DNA of 63,949 nucleotides, counting the filler, from Octopus bimaculoides (Eukaryota): assembly GCF_001194135.2 (NCBI RefSeq). It is 5 parts of 4 records of this genome, joined end to end, with 100 filler letters (N's around TTAATTAATTAA, not from the genome) between each part and the next. Parts side by side here need not be neighbours in the genome. Positions count along the whole stretch, not along the records: positions 1 to 23,810 come from NC_068992.1; 4 more parts are not named here. One strand, 5' to 3'. The notes below the pieces were generated by a model that was given only the letters and a program-made list of their open reading frames with translations, searched no databases and was not told where the DNA came from. Of the stretch, positions 1 to 13,201 are shown one piece after another. Position 1 is the first letter of the stretch. Each line of letters begins with the position of its first letter. Position numbers and translations under genes: made by a program.

Positions 1-391
1 GAAGACGAAAACAATACCTATTGTCATAGGTGCCCTGGGAATGACAGCGAAACGGGCTGATTACTACCTAGCTCAGATACCAGGAAACCCCAAAATGGCT
101 GAAGTCCAAAAGATAGTGCTCATGGGAACTGCCCATATCCTACGTAAAATACTGTCTATGTGATCTCAAATTTTAAAGCAAACATAATTTTCTTATGGTT
201 TCTTAAACATTCACTTGAACAAAACTGTACAAATCCAAATATATGGTACCCTAGGCATAACACCTACATGAACTTCTAACTTGTTGTCTCTTGAGGTCTC
301 TGGGTGAGACTTGGATCCAACTTGTACAAATGCAAAACAAAAGTCAAACATAAAATAATAATAATAATAATAATAATAACGATAATAATAA
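1..391 (+). mobile_element. 3' end of an R4/Dong-like (restriction-like endonuclease) non-LTR retrotransposon with 3' UTR and (TAA)n tail
   Basis: Frame 2..163 reads KTKTIPIVIGALGMTAKRADYYLAQIPGNPKMAEVQKIVLMGTAHILRKILSM*, the typical C-terminus of R4/Dong RLE ORFs (PIVIGALG...QK..L.GTA.ILR). (TAA)n tail at about 354-391. Confidence 0.8.
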
Positions 392-529
392 ATGCACGAT
401 CAGTTTCCAAGAGATATGAGCCCCAAGGCAGAAAGAGAGGGCTGGTGTTTATAGATATGGAGGGGTGATCTGAAGGCAGAAACAGGAACAAGTATTTGAA
501 GACAGACTATGTGACGTGCAGAATTCATA

Positions 530-1090
530 GCACAACTGAGAGTGAGAAAAGCAGTATTCGTTGAGAGGGGTGAAACGGTATGGGACATTGTTTGTGAATG
601 CCCGAAAGTGGCATAACGCGAATTCAAAAGACGACAGAGCAATATGACAAGAACTATGTATTGGAGATTTTGTAGAAATGACGGTCTAGATACATCAAAG
701 ACGTAGTATGACCAAATCGAAGAGGGTGTTGCTATGAATGAAGTCCTGTGAGATGCAATGGTTCAGTACGAATATCAGATTAGAAACCCGATGTTGCTGT
801 AATGAACAGAAGAGTAATGAGAACATGACTGATTATTGACAAAGTGTGTCTTGGTGATAATAGGATCAAGGAGAAGGGGCTATGACATTTGAACAACTAT
901 GATTAATTGAAATAGGAAATATGCAGGTGGTGGACGTGATGCTAATAGTTATCAGGGCGCTTGGAAGTATCAACCCTTAACTGGTAACGAGGTTGAAAAC
1001 TATTTGTACAAATGTAAAGACAGAACACCTGCGAAAATCAGCATTGTTTAAAGCAAGACTCTCCGCAGGATCCTTGTAGTATGATCCGGT
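530..1090 (+). mobile_element. Degenerate second R4/Dong-like fragment (CCHC knuckle + RLE domain)
   Basis: Frameshifted, stop-ridden translation contains GETVWDIVCECPKVA.REFKRR and LIVIRALGS...EHLRKSALF.AR, matching the zinc-knuckle/RLE region. Boundaries approximate. Confidence 0.65.
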
Positions 1091-1182
1091 AAACAAGTGT
1101 TACATTAGCCTCCTGTTTGTCGACGCTGACACTTTCCGTCATACCCAGCAACATAAGCTGAGAGTTTTCATCAAATACCAAT

Positions 1183-1188
1183 GATGAC

Positions 1189-1252
<64 letters not shown>

Positions 1253-1434
1253 GTGGTGGTGGTGGTGGTGGTGGTGGTGGTGGTGGTAGTAGTAGTGGTG
1301 GTGATGATGGTGTTGGTGTTGATGATGATGAATTTACATTGAAAATTAGTACATATTCTAATAAATTCCCAAAGAGAAGGGAACATCTTGTTCTAATTGA
1401 CGCCACTACCGCTGATAACCTATACATACATACA

Positions 1435-1505
<71 letters not shown>
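1183..1505. repeat. Compound microsatellites (GAT)n(GGT)n and (TACA)n(TA)n
   Basis: Directly visible simple repeats at 1183-1330 and 1423-1505. Confidence 0.95.
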
Positions 1506-1508
<3 letters not shown>

Positions 1509-3915
1509 TACGCAAGCACAAAAGCACAACAACAATTGTCTACAAAGACACAATATCATGTGAGCAATGAAGAGGAACATATTTCTTACAGCTGTCTTAA
1601 ATCTTCAGCAAATGGTTTATATTATAAGACAGATTGGCAAATAGCAGTCATCAATCTGACGCGAAAGTTCGAGGTTTCCGAAAGGGAATTATCAGGGATG
1701 TATGTACAAGAAGCTTGTTATTTGGTCTTACACATTTTATTTGTTTAATGTACTTTCATTACGTTCGCCGGTCTGTGAATACTACCCAGCTAAAAATTAC
1801 CTATTTTCAACATGTAATAAATGTGGTGTCTCATGAAATAATTCCTGCCATTGAGTACCACGTCCCCCCTCTTTCTCTCTCACTTTCTCTCTCACTCTTT
1901 CGCACTGGGTCTTCGAGTTAAATTTTGGCTATTATTTCTAGCAACTGGACGTGCTCTTTTGCACTCACATTTATTAATTTTTCCTTTATCATTTATAGTC
2001 GCTATAGTCACCTATATTATAATATATTTACTATATGTTAATATGTTAACATATTATTATAATAACTATTGTATATATATACATGTGTGTGTGTGAGTGT
2101 CTGTGTAGCTCGAATTTATATAGACATATCGGTTTGCATGTATGTGTATGTTAATATGTAGATTGATAGACAAAATTATATATATTATGATATGCGCGCT
2201 GGCGAATATCTTTATTGTGCTATGAGTTCGCTGACATCTGCCTGTGATCGTCTATTCTGTTTTTTATACATGTATGTCTTACTGAATAAGATTGTATTGT
2301 TTCCTTTTCTCTTTTTGGGTCCTTTGTGCGTGTACATCTCTGCATATATTTGTATTCAAACATGGTTACATATACTAAACGTGCTAATATTTGCCAAATG
2401 TTAGATGTGTAATGGTATTATGCATTTGTCATTTCTGATGCAAAACCTAAGCAATAGAGTAGAAAAAAAACTTGCAAAGAAATAGTAGTAGCAGTGATAA
2501 TAGTGTTAATGCTGTTACTGTAATTGCTTCAGTTATTTATTGGAGAAGAGGCATTTGTCTCATTGAATAGTAGTAAAATGGGAGAAAAGTAAAGCCTGAA
2601 ACTTGTGCACCGTAACGCATTACAAACACGAAGATATCTTAAAGAAACATGTTCTCGAGAAAATCTGATGCACATAAATATACATATACATATAGAAAGC
2701 GGCGAGAGAGAGACATAGAGTGACAGAGGGAATGAAAGGAGAAAAGGGGAAAAATATTGGTCATAGTTGGTCATTGCTTGCATTTCCTTGAAACAGGCCG
2801 ACAGGTAAGATGGAGTAAATGGCATGAAGAAACACAATTAGATTTGACAGAGGCATTCAGAAATCTCTTCACCCGGCGTGTTTTGCTAATGACTAGTCAC
2901 AAGCACCTCCCGAAAGTCTAACAGAGATTCCTTATTGATATTAAATGTAGATCTCGGGCCAGCAAAACAAAATCATTAATGCCAAATGCCTGATGATGAA
3001 GCATATAGATGAAATAAAGACATGCTAATCCTCCAGCGATACATTACAAATATTATTTAATGATATCCTATTTATGTGAGAATATTGTTGCAAATGGATA
3101 TGGGGTATGCAGAAACATATGTTGCATAAAGTATAAAAATAGCCATACACACATCATCTTCGTAGCTATATTTATCCCAAGTCGCAGTGAGTTCCACATA
3201 TATAACCATACCATCCGATTGAAGGTTGAAAAGAATTTGAAAAGAACAGGTGGTAGTCGACGAAAAGAAGCATACGAGTTTTTTACGAGCGCATTCAGAT
3301 ACGTTTGCCCTTAATTTATTCAAAGGATATACATTTGCGTTTCTCAATTTGCGTATTTTCACATTTAGGATATATGTTCATAGACATTTATATTTTTAAA
3401 ATTATATACAAATATCATTCAATCATTCAGAAGACTTTCAGCCGTCATACGGTTCCTTGCTTTGAATATATAACTTAGCCATGATTGATAATATCAGGAT
3501 ATACGGTGCGCATAAAAAATTATAATTGAAGATTTATTAACTTCCTTCTTGTTCATACAAAATGATGACGATGCAACTTTCCAGTTAGTCATCAAAATTG
3601 ACGAAATGAATACTAATCGTCAAGAGAAAATATGTAATATTTTGGAAAAACACGAAATTAATCAAATTATTATTTTTTAAATTTGAAATAATATATATCC
3701 ATGAACGTAATCAAAATGTATTCCATCGGGAAACAAGCTCTGACAAATTTAACTGAGAAAGCGTTTAGTTTTTTTGGTATGTTGTGTCTTTTTTATCAGT
3801 ATTTGAATCTCCCAGCATCTCTTCATTCTCTCTCAATACACAGTAAAGTATGATTTTTAGAAATTATACAAGCAACCGCTATTTCTCTATCTGATATTAT
3901 ATATGTTACATGTAA

Positions 3916-4128
3916 GGCGGCAGGCGGAGAGAATTGTCAGCGCGCTGGACGAAATGATTTGCAGTATTTCACCCGTTGCTACCTTCTGAGTTCAAATTCT
4001 GACGACGTCGACTTTGCATTTCATCCTTTCGAAGTCGATAAAAGAAGTACCAGTTGTGTACTGGAGTCGACGCAATCGACAATCACTTCCCTCAATTTGC
4101 AAGCCTTGTGCCTATGATAGAAATGATC
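3916..4128 (+). mobile_element. tRNA-derived SINE (octopus OR-like family) with 17-bp target-site duplication
   Basis: GGCGGCAGGCGGAGAGAA...GAGTTCAAATTC (B box)...TTTCATCCTTTCG body, same family as 42693-42926. Flanked by ATATATGTTACATGTAA at 3899-3915 and 4129-4145. Confidence 0.85.
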
Positions 4129-5345
4129 ATATATGTTACATGTAATAGCAACGTATCATTCGGCGTATAATTTAATAAATGAATTCTAAAGTTGGTTCCC
4201 CATGGTTAAAAAATCTGAGTGATGGAAATATTTTACCGGCTTGAAAGCTGCGTGTCTCCTGGGAAATTAGTGACTCTGAGAGTACGTCACGTGCAGATAT
4301 ACAGCCCGGACTAAAACAAAAAATTACATACAAATCGGCATCTTCAGTTTGATTCAAAACTCGATGTTGTAATTAAGTTGCATCTTTTGAGAACTACGAA
4401 TATTAACAGATTTTCAAAACTACATGCTTGTGTGTAAGTTTTCCTGTTTCTGCTTAAACACCTTTGTGGGTTTATGAAATGGTGTAGTTTAATTACGAAA
4501 CAAGGGCGATGATTTTCCAAATACAATGACCAAACGAATGAATGGATAAGTTGGTAAGTCAACAAAATTACCAACGTATTTCATGAAACAAACGGAACTC
4601 AAATCCACCAAATCACAAATCAATCTTTTGCAGACGGCTGAAGATAGTGGAACTGATGTATTCTCTACAAGAATTCGTAGCGATGTTTTATCATGAACTT
4701 GGTGCAAACCGTAAAAAAATTAAGAAAAAATCATGTCTGCATATCGAATAATATGTAGCGAATTATATACTACCAATAGGCTTCCGCCTCCACAAGAATT
4801 TGTGCTATTATTTGGAAGTAAAGCATGGTAAATCTAGGATCGAATAAAGGATATAGCCTCTACTCAGGAAAACTTGTTCGAGAACTGCATAACAACCTCA
4901 ACGATTACATTAGAAAACTTCTGCTTTAGAAATAAACTTTAAAGAGTATCACGCGCAAAATATATTTAACTTTCAGATGAGCGAGTGGGAAATCGGGAAA
5001 TTGAAAAACAATTTGCATCCTCGTTAATAAATGGAATACAAACATTAAGACTGGATTGGGAAACATCATGTGCATCGACTCATCTAACTATGACAAGCTA
5101 CTCGTGCATTAAGATAGTTTACAAACATATGGAAAATAAAAACTTGATAGCATTACACACACACAGAGGCACGCACAAGCACACACCCATACAAATATAT
5201 CCAAGTGTGTGTGTTTGTGTGTGTGTGTGTGTGCGCGCGCGCGTGTGAGTATACTTACATGCATGAATACATACGCATATACATACATACACACACACAC
5301 ACACACATATATATATATGCATGCATACATACATACATACATACA

Positions 5346-5376
<31 letters not shown>

Positions 5377-7213
5377 GTATATGTACGTATACACTTATCC
5401 TTTACAGAAACGCATACACAAAGATGCGCAAACTTAAGCAATATGATTAACGGAATTTATTTGACATCTTTTTTTTTTTTATTACATTTGTTTTGTTTTC
5501 GCTTAATCTTTTCCCTTTATAACCTTCTATTTCTTCACGTTATACCTAAGAAGTAGAACACACAAAATTATGCCGTTTTGCTATTTTACAAAATTTTGTG
5601 GCAGTTACAAAAAGTAGAACAATTTCTTACGAATAACATATTATTGAAGGTATGTACAAATATTTATATTAAGGCTTATGCACTCAAAGATTAACTATAT
5701 GAAGTTTCATTTCTTGATATGTTTGTACTCATATTATTAACAGACCTGATCGACATACAGATTTTCTACGTTATTCTAGCCAAAATATTTCCATCTTTGA
5801 AAATGCACTTACGTGACTCTATATTATATTTTAATCATTTAACTTTTTAAATTTAATTTTGCATTGTGTTTATAGGCAAAGAATATCATCTTCTGATTGG
5901 CAAACATCGATAAAAACCTGAACTTCTTTTTCATCTCTTCAACACTTTTTGGACCTATTATTTTTATACTTATACAAAGATCAACATGGAAAGCAGCGAT
6001 TGAGAATATGCAAAGCACAATTTAATTTATTATAATATTTTATTACTCAATACTGCAAAGAACGTATATGGCTTTCTCACACGATAATCCATACAATATG
6101 GATATAGGTCTGTGTTTCGGCATACTACAGCAGAAATTAAGACAAAATAAACGCACATATGCAGACATAATCACACATTTTCCCACCTGTACAAACAGGA
6201 GATTCAATGAAGGCACTGTAGGAAGATTATGTGGCCGCTTAGCTAAATTGACATTTATATATAAAGTTAAATCTATCTACGAACTATGTATGCGCGCGTG
6301 CGTGTGTGTGTGTGTAAGCTATTCATTAAACCCGAAATAATCCCCAAAACCTTCCGATGTAATTGTGTGGCGAAATGTCACGTGAAACTGAATAATCTTT
6401 TCTGGAGACTTTTTCGGCTTTTATAACCAGTATGGTATTCTACCTTTTGTGAAAGAGAGAAAGAGGATGAGAAAAAGAGAGAAAGTTAAAGGCAGAGAGA
6501 GAGAGAGAGAAAAAGAACAAAGAAACAGAGAACCATGACATTTTGTTGGAGCAGAATATAGTCCCCTGAACTAACATCTATCTTGCACGTACATACTTGC
6601 AAATATGTGCTTTGAAAAGCAAAAAAAAAAAAAGAAATGAATGTCTGTTCACGCATTCATGAATCCAATTGAGAAACTCAAATAAATCCTGGACCAACCA
6701 TCTCTACAAAGTAACACCCAAGGAAGATGGGCTGCTCTTAACCTCAGTTATGAAGAGAACTGTAGCCATAGAACTTCAGCAATACTGAAAAGAATTCAAT
6801 AATATACGATAATAATTGAATTCTGCTGCAATCCATCGAAAGGTATCACTAAAATTACAGATATATATTTACACATAATATTGTATAAATTATGCTGATT
6901 TCTACGGAATATTATAAGAGACAAATTAAATCTCGTTTGTACAATTTACTTAAAAAGATTTAATAGTGATTCATAATAACTGTTGCATGTCACTACAGCA
7001 GGTGATGTTTGTCGCATATTTCATTCCAGCGTCTACTCATTTAGAAGTCTGTAATTAAATATCTCGTTGCAATTTCTAGATCACTGAGGAATATTATTCG
7101 GCAGCTTTTGTCAGTTCTTTTTTAATACCTTGCATCGAAATTTAAGGCGGAATATTTATTGAAATTATCATAGTATAAAAATATAGTATGATTAGCAGCG
7201 CAGCAGCAGCTAC

Positions 7214-7266
<53 letters not shown>

Positions 7267-7974
7267 ATAGTCGCAGTGAAATCAAAATTGTCTGCCTCAG
7301 CTGCAGTGTATTACATTTAATTTGCAAATCTTCACAATAAAATTAGTAAGCAAAAAGAAGTCTGATAGGAATTTGTGTGAATTTTATTTTAAATAATAAC
7401 ATCATGTGTTATATTATCGAAACAACATAAACGAGGTGAGAATTTTGCATTTTCTATGATATCAATGACATTATAAATATTAATCTTTGACGTGTACAGA
7501 ATTATGTTTTTTCGGAATATGTGATGAAAGTTGTTGTTCTGTTGCTTTAGTCAACTTGAAACTATCTACTGAACCTGACAAATATATGCGTTTCATAATT
7601 TTACGACATTTATAAACAAGCAATATATTGTGTTTGTGCAGAAACAAATGGAAAACAACCCCATCTACGTGGCCGTTTGACCTGTTGGATATGGCAGCCA
7701 ATGTTCCGGCATATTTGGTGATATATAAACACTTGATAAATCAACGGGAGATCAGTCAGATAACCTTTTATATCTTTTTTTCTTATTGGACCTACGTTAA
7801 TCAAAACAATCATTATATGTATTGATCTTTTATATGAAAGAAATATTAAACACATCTAAGCCTTTGTCTGGAACCCATAAAGCATAAATATTGTTATAAT
7901 ACAATCTCTATTAATGAAGGCGAAATTCTGTTGTCCGTCTGGGAGTCCTTTATCTCAGTTTACATTCGTTGTGC

Positions 7975-8440
7975 ATAAACATATTCTGCTCAACACAATC
8001 AAGAGGATCATGTGCATCTCAAACCAAAGTGATTTTTTGGTCAACTGAATGGAGTTTTGGCACAAACTTGACAAACACACGTCTCATACACAAACCCTCA
8101 GTGATAATGAACTGAACTGAACCGTGTCTACTATGCACATTGTCTGATCACTAACATATGGAGATTCGACGATTTCACTCTCACAGCTGCACGGACATTT
8201 ACGATGTTTTTCTCGGTTCTGCTGGTTGCGTGTCTCTCAGAATGTTCGTCACTATCCATATTTGTTCGGCCATCATGGAAACGTCAGAACCACTCGTACC
8301 ATTGTGTGCTGCTCATACACTCATCTCTATACACTTTCTGCAAATGTGTGCAGGAGAGGTATCGCCAGGACAGGTTTCTCTGTCATGGTCGATGCGACGA
8401 TAACTCGTTACATATGTTACTTCCTAGCATGGATGTAAAC
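7975..8440 (-). mobile_element. Degenerate mariner transposase fragment (N-terminal HTH region)
   Basis: Minus-strand translation LQKVYRDECMSSTQWYEWF.RFHDGRTNMDSDEHSERHATSRTEKNIVNV and RRVFVKFVPKL matches the mariner YEWF.RF..GR...DD.RSGRP and WVP-like motifs. Stops and frameshifts present. Confidence 0.75.
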
Positions 8441-8618
8441 AGCAGAGGTGAGCTAGAAGGTACAACTTAGTGCGCATGCACAACAGCGTTGAAAATCTCT
8501 GTGTCAGGGTTTCACTCTGCATGTTTTAGTTTCCTTACAATGGCAAGCGTCCGGATTCTTATTGATCAAATCTCGTATAAACAAGTAACCAGAGCAATCG
8601 TACATCCTTATGTGTATA

Positions 8619-8649
<31 letters not shown>

Positions 8650-11501
8650 GAAACATGAAGTAAGCTATCGAGTGAAGCCTAGATACAAAAAATTCTAATT
8701 TTTTTTTAATCATGTAAATTAATCGTGATTGATAAGCTAAAATCTGGGGAATAACAAAATATGGGTGTTGAGTGGTCGTGTGTAATTATAAATAGTGTAA
8801 ACTGATACAGTCAGACAGTTCTAATTACTGAAATTAATATTTTGATAGATGACTGTAATTACACTCAGATATATTGAGATGCTAATGAATACATCGGTGA
8901 AATGTTTGACAGATTATGTGTTTACTAAATGAAGAAAAGTAAAACGAATATCATTTATTTTTTGTTAGCTAATCTGCGATAAAATGTTTTACGTGTTTCA
9001 TCTGGAGATAGGAGCTGTTGGATAACTTTTGCATAAGTTTTGAGTTAATGACACCATCGTTCTCTCGGTTTGAAAGCTATAAGTAACCGTGGTAATTTGA
9101 GAAATAAACTGCGTTTGTTTACAGACATGGATATCATCCTTCGTAAAGAACATAAGTTTATATCAACTCAGTAATATTTCTGGAGGTGCACGTTTTCCTC
9201 AAGCGCTCGATGGTATAGTGTGTGTCGGAGAAAGAAAATTGAGCGTCGAAATGAAGTCAAGTACAAGCTTTCAAGACACGATTATATGTCAAAAGGATTC
9301 TTAAAATAATAATGTATGCAACAATGATATATAGACTGCCAATATATATCAACAATTGATACTCCATCATTGCACTTCACATCATGCTGAAATGGAAGTA
9401 CCCATTAGATATTGTACATCTGTCCATTCTATTCTAGAAAAAATATGTGAATGATATATATTTTTCATTAAAAAACTGATCCATCAGATCTGACCTGAAG
9501 CTGTAGACGAACACCCAATCACTCAAAAGACATAGTTTGACTGTTCAGCGGACAAGGTTTAATAAGCAATAAGTATATTTGTATCTATTCCAGTATTTTA
9601 GCTAGCGATGGTTGTACTTCTTAGAAAGAGAAGAATTATTTTTGTCATTCTTGTCAACATTTCAATACCAATTATTTACAGTCGCCCCAAATTTTGCAGT
9701 AACCCCATACTGAATATATGAATTTGTATTAGATTCAAAAATTCATAAATAATTCAGGACAAAATGGGGCTTCACCCAACAGGAAATCACTGAGTATATT
9801 GAAACGCGATGGTATTATCATATTATAGTTACGTCATGTACAGTGAGTGAGGTTGTAGATACATACGAGTTAAAATCTGCATTCAGTTACGATTCGAGGG
9901 AAATTCGTCAATGTTTTGCATAGCAAATGAACCTTGTAAGATAAATGCAACATATGCAACAATAAAGATACCATAATTTCATAATGAGAAGTGTTGATTA
10001 CGCTGAAATTATCCATGTCAGGCTAATTTTCCCAATTACAAATTTACTCTTTATTTTCTACAACGTCGTTGGCTGTTCACTAATAAATGAATCGGCTCCT
10101 GAAAACAAAATGGACATAAAATGCCGTCAGATATAACCCGAACACACCGTATATTTAGTTGCTTGGGCTATATGTATTGTATTGAAAATATACTTAATGT
10201 AAAAGAGTTTCATTTACAGTAGTGCAAATATTCTCAATGTTATACAAATAGAAATGAACAAGAGCATTTTTACCCAGGACCGAGAGTTACATTTGTTGAA
10301 ATGAACCTGGAATCAGAATATTAAATGATTGCAGGCGTTTTTGCTCTTAAAATAATGAGATTTAAGTATGAGGACAGGAACAACTGTGTTCGAGCTGTAG
10401 CCGGTATATATATTCCAGGGCTTCCAACTCTACCTATGTTCAGCATATACCACAGATGAAGAAAGGATAAACAAAGGAAATACTTTCATACAAAAGTACA
10501 AACGAAGACTTTACAAATTTTAACAGATTACATAGACAAATAACTACTCACACTGAAAATTCATTCTGCCACTTATCATGAGAAACCTACACAGCCAACA
10601 ACCTAAATTTTAGCCATTGAACTACATACACACGACTCTTGTACACTCTCCCACCAGACACATTATATCTAGAGTGCCTTTATTATAAACTAAAAAAGTT
10701 CACTCAACAATGTCGGCCTTCTTTTTAGGCGCGAAATATACTGCCACGTGACACTAATGCACGAACCTAGCTGGAAACGTACAGAAGGTTATAAACTTAA
10801 TCATGCGTTCATTCTCTGAAAGCAATTGACAGAAACATTCAGAGCATTGATTGTTTGAACAAGTTCTGCTAAACGTGTCAGTCATAAGTTACGACGCCAA
10901 ACTTTGTCCCTTTGTACTAATACACGGACAAAGCGAGGAACCTATAAATATTTCTAAGACCAATCATGTGACTATCCTCCACCAATCAAATCCTATTCAA
11001 AACATATACTAATTTGAGCCATGAACTCCCTAAAAATAGGACAGGCTTAAAACACTAGTCAGAAAGCAAGAGAGCTGCGACATAAGTCACGTCTTTCTAT
11101 TTGGACAATCAGTGTCAACTGTGAAATCGGTTAAAGCTTCAAATATATTCATAAAAAATATTTTATCTGTTCCCAGTGCATGCTTAACTTCTATTTTTCC
11201 CGAGATTCTCAGTATAGCAGACACTTAGTAGAGCTCAAACTTAGGATCCGTTGTCTTTACAAGGTAGCTATACTTTACCACAGGGTAAAGTATAGCTATA
11301 AGAGGGATCAATATAGAGGCAATTATGCGGGTACACAAATTAGATATATTAAATGCAATATAATAGTTTGAGCATGAGACAAAAATATGTATATATGAAT
11401 ACTTAAAAAATGAGGGAATGCAGACGGAGACATTCCGACGACGAATATTAAATTCGTTTCTCGTTATATTTAATATATCTACTCTTTTATCCGCATAATT
11501 G

Positions 11502-11555
<54 letters not shown>

Positions 11556-11557
11556 CC

Positions 11558-11595
<38 letters not shown>

Positions 11596-13162
11596 GCTTT
11601 ATTCGATTAACGTAGATGAGGCTATATACTCTCTGGAACCATATTATCGTCAACGTTTTTTACTCGAGGTTTATGGTAGTGCTATCTAGAACTGGTTGTT
11701 CTTGTTGTTGACATCGTTTTTCTGTCTGCTTTTGCTCTGGCACACTCTCTCATTCCAGTGATGACAGAGGAGAAGTATTATCAATATATTTTTTAAAATC
11801 TTGAAATTACAGCTTAGTCTATATGTATGTTTAGGCTGTATGCTTTTTCTATTGAAAATGAAACCCTTCCTTTAGTGTGATAGATTTTATTGAAAGTAGA
11901 ATTTCGCTGCTATCTGAGAGCTGAACCTTCTTCTGTCTCCTGGTTTGGGATGATAAAAAACAATCATCATCCCCTTTGTCAGTTTCAATTTATGCAGTAG
12001 TCAGAATAAAATAACCGTGTTAATTAGGTAAAACACAAAACAAGATATTAGCTGAAGATAATTAATTAAACCTTATATTTTTTTTTTCATTGTATAACTT
12101 ATATTGTAAAAACGCAACATTAATTATTGAAATTTGATGCTTGTCTCAGACCAGTCTTATTTCAGTACCGAAGGTATGGTTGGGTGTAAAGATACGTCAG
12201 AATAGTTCTAGCAGATACTTTATGAGACCGCATCTCGAAACACGCCACATATACAAGTCTTGCCTTAAGAATGTAAAACAGTACTTCACGTACACAACCG
12301 TATACGTTTTATAATTCATTATATACACAAACGTGTATACTGAGAATAAAACAGTTTTTAAAAGTATTTCACATATACGTACTACCATCGATGTATACAC
12401 ATATAAACAACTGCACTTACGCAATCACACACGTGCATACTACCAGCTTAAAATTATGAAAATTGCCAAAATAATTAAGAAATAATAAGCGAAGAATCCA
12501 GCGTAGTTGACAAGAGAGAGAAGATAAGCAGAAAGAGATTGTGAGAGAACTTAGAGAGAATCTATATACAAACAAAAGTAAAGATAGATTTTGATGAATG
12601 CAAATATAAGAGGAAAAGAGGAATATAAAGATAACTAAAGAATGAAAAAAAAAAACAACACAAAGCAAACCTATACAAATACAAAGCTTAAGATACATAA
12701 AGGCAGGGAAAAAAAGAGACGAAGACGAGAACTGTGGAGAAATACAGAACGATAATCGGGGGGAGAAGCGGGGGGGGGGGATTTGAGAAAGAGTGAACAC
12801 ATTAAATACATAATTACATTAAATATAGAAAATAAAAATAATCAAGTAACGAGCTTGTTTATACCTGCAGCTATGTAAACAAGCCTGACAAAGGTGAATA
12901 ATGTAAAGACTTCAGTATTTCTGTAATATCTTTTATTGAAATTCATGATGATCATCATCAATATGCGACTTTCTTTTCAATTGAAACACTGGATTTTATT
13001 GAGTGCGCGTTGCTGCAGATACTGTAAGTGTGTGGTAGTGTTTGTGTATAAACTGCGAATAACTATGCAGTTGTTTTGGTATATGCGTGTGCTTGATTGT
13101 GTGTGTGTTGCTAATCGTACTTGGTAATTTCGCAAAAATATATACACACATGCGCAAAGAAA

Positions 13163-13201
<39 letters not shown>

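Noticed and set aside
4150-5050. Unique-looking stretch with moderately long open frames
   Set aside because: No motif recognised in any frame; cannot be called a gene or a transposon.
8204-8470. 88-aa ORF resembling a secreted Cys-rich precursor (hydrophobic N-terminus, KR site)
   Set aside because: It is the antisense frame of a mariner transposase remnant.
12215-12250. TTATGAGACCGCATCTCGAAAC hammerhead-like string
   Set aside because: Core CUGA is absent and stem II would be only 2 bp in register.
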